DNA of 45,442 nt, from the NCBI GenBank assembly GCA_964534295.1, contig CAZHOC010000001.1, positions 1 through 45,442 on the forward strand, in the 5' to 3' direction. The notes under the pieces were generated by a model, which made no database searches, was not told the DNA's origin, and saw nothing but the letters and a program-made list of their open reading frames with translations. Shown piece by piece: positions 43,917 through 45,442 of this stretch (position 1 is its first letter; each line of letters begins with the position of its first letter). The stretch is from an uncultured Bacteroidia bacterium. Lineage in GTDB: Bacteria; Bacteroidota; Bacteroidia; J057. A program made the translations under genes and the position numbers.

Positions 43917-44684
43917 TTATGCCTCTTCGGCGTGCTTTTTCTCGAGCCAGAAGTTGTTAAATCCTTCGCCTACTGTGATGGCAATTTTTTGCACTTGGAC
44001 CAGTTCGAGGATAGCCAAAAAGCTGAATACCACAAAGATGCGATCCTGCTCTTCGAGCACGAAGGCTACAAAGTCGATCCGATCGGTGATAAGGACACGT
44101 TCGAGGACGCGGTTTTTTATCTGTTCGACGGTGTAAGGATATCGGCGAATTACATGGGAGGGTTTCTGCAATTTATCTTGGTGGCGATCCCACACCCGCT
44201 TGAAGGCGCGCATCAGCGTGTAGAGATCCATGCCGATAAGCTCTTCTTCCGGATATTGAGATTGCAGAAATAGCTTGGTTTCCTTTTTGACAAAGCCGCG
44301 AACCTCTCTTTCGCTTTGGGCGGCTTCTAGTTCGCTGAGCTGGCCGAGTACATCTTTGTAGCGTTTGTACTCGATGAGGCGTTGGACGAGTTCTTGGCGT
44401 GGGTCAACTTCTTCTCCATGTTCGTCGAGCACAGGGCGGGGGAGGAGCATCTTGGCTTTGATGCGCATCAAGGTACTCGCAACGAGAATAAATTCTGCGG
44501 CCACCTCGATATTCATATTTTGCATGGTCTGGATGTACTCCAAAAACTCCTGCGTGATCGTGGCAATCGGGATATTATGAATATCAATCTCATCCCGCTC
44601 AATAAAGAATAGGAGTAGATCGAAGGGGCCCTCAAATTGAGGGAGGGTAATACGATAGGTGCTATTGTCCTGCACTTCCGCCAT
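43917..44684 (-). CDS. scpA: Segregation and condensation protein A
   Basis: 255 aa. The N-terminus YRITLPQFEGPFDLLLFFIERDEIDIHNIPIATITQEFLEYI is the canonical ScpA motif. Confidence 0.9.
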   Translation of the reverse strand: MAEVQDNSTYRITLPQFEGPFDLLLFFIERDEIDIHNIPIATITQEFLEYIQTMQNMNIEVAAEFILVASTLMRIKAKMLLPRPVLDEHGEEVDPRQELVQRLIEYKRYKDVLGQLSELEAAQSEREVRGFVKKETKLFLQSQYPEEELIGMDLYTLMRAFKRVWDRHQDKLQKPSHVIRRYPYTVEQIKNRVLERVLITDRIDFVAFVLEEQDRIFVVFSFLAILELVQVQKIAITVGEGFNNFWLEKKHAEEA

Positions 44685-44827
44685 AGGACAAATATCTGGA
44701 AAAAAATCCGGACGTAAGTCCTTGATTTATACACAATAAGCTGTGGAAATGTGCATAAGAATGCTTTTAGACCGGAAATTCAGCTGATTTTTTGACAAAT
44801 TGACGCTCCAACCCTTACTCTACTTCT

Positions 44828-45301
44828 ATGTATCAAAAGTTTATCCTCCTTCTCGTCCTATTGGGCTTGAGTCTATCCTCACCCCTCAATAGTGCGCCTC
44901 AGCTTGCTTCCACGGAGCCTATCCTCAACGAGCAATCTCAAACCGAAAAACCAGTCCGCAAGGCATGGTTTAACAAAGCCAAAAAGGACAAAAAGCAGCG
45001 AGCCGTTGGTAAACCTGTTTTGCCTGCGATTGCTTTGAGTCTTGGCATCTTGGCCGTGGTGACCTTCATTCTCGCGGGTTTGCCCGGCATCTTTATCGGC
45101 CTAGCGGCTATCGTGGTCGGTAGCGTTGTCTTGACTCGCCGCAATGGTTACAGCAAAACCGATCGTCTCATGGCGCGTATCGGCGTCTTATTGGGGAGCT
45201 TATTTTCCTTGATTGGCATTTTGATTATCATCGCCATCCTAGAGCCATCAGGCGTGAATCTCGAAGGTCTCGAGCCTTTGATTGAGCATGTGCTGGGCTA
45301 G
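44828..45301 (+). CDS. Hypothetical small membrane protein
   Basis: 157 aa with a signal-like N-terminus, a Lys-rich linker and two or three TM helices (VLPAIALSLGILAVVTFILAGLPGIFIGLAAIVVGSVVL and IGVLLGSLFSLIGILIIIAIL). Confidence 0.6.
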   Translation: MYQKFILLLVLLGLSLSSPLNSAPQLASTEPILNEQSQTEKPVRKAWFNKAKKDKKQRAVGKPVLPAIALSLGILAVVTFILAGLPGIFIGLAAIVVGSVVLTRRNGYSKTDRLMARIGVLLGSLFSLIGILIIIAILEPSGVNLEGLEPLIEHVLG

Positions 45302-45315
45302 TTTTTGGGAGGCTA

Positions 45316-45442
45316 CCGCTTCGCGGAACGCTTGTCCCTAGTACGCGACAAGACAATGCCTTGTCGCACCCAAAATCACCCCACCTTCATTTCGAGCGAG
45401 CGCAGCGACGAGAAATCTCCTTTCTGGCAAATTGTAATTACT
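45316..45442. mobile_element. Left part of another TIR-bounded element (E6), cut by the window edge
   Basis: It reads ccgcttcgcggaacgcttgtccc, then the palindrome gcgacaagacaatgccttgtcgc, then the left hairpin arm catttcgagcgagcgcagcgacgagaaatctcct. The loop begins ttctggcaaattgtaattac, as in E1. Confidence 0.7.

Noticed and set aside
1-45442. I searched for tRNA, rRNA or riboswitch-like elements.
   Set aside because: I found no GGTTCGAATCC-type T-arm, no rRNA-like conserved tracts and no recognisable riboswitch cores by eye. Covariance-model scans would be needed to exclude small ncRNAs.

Overview
This 45.4-kb window is chromosomal and looks like Bacteroidota. Three proteins end in T9SS-type C-terminal sorting domains, there is a b558-type sdhCAB operon, and there is a TPR/AraC hybrid two-component sensor. 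All family calls come from reading the supplied translations and recalling motifs; no searches were run. Most of the window is ordinary housekeeping: sdhCAB, a histidine kinase/OmpR pair, recO, psuK-psuG, alkB and scpA, plus secreted or lipoproteins of unknown function.

The ORF track misses the largest left-edge gene. It is a tail-fiber-like secreted protein on the minus strand (3084 down to 1), and its frame stays open past the window edge.

Five things deserve a second look:
1. A compact cysteine-to-hypotaurine/taurine locus at 14087-18270. It has a cysteine dioxygenase with a eukaryote-type Cys at the Cys-Tyr crosslink position, and a group II PLP decarboxylase carrying the F/S/Y cysteine-sulfinate selectivity motif. 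A co-oriented Na+/solute symporter and an Lrp/AsnC regulator complete it.
2. A secreted fusion of a c-type cytochrome, a PHM/DBH-like copper monooxygenase and a T9SS sorting domain, with a CxxS thioredoxin-fold partner gene (41216-43384).
3. A modular MITE/REPIN-like repeat family bounded by terminal inverted repeats of about 20 bp (core GCGGAACGCTT). It occurs as full elements, solo ends, a 279-bp tandem duplication and a loop inversion, and it has look-alike copies inside coding sequence.
4. Two decayed C-terminal fragments of tail-fiber paralogs, joined to a possible IS200/RAYT-like remnant exactly at a copy of that repeat core.
5. A T9SS protein with cohesin-like and dockerin-like modules.

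I saw no rRNA, tRNA or CRISPR array.
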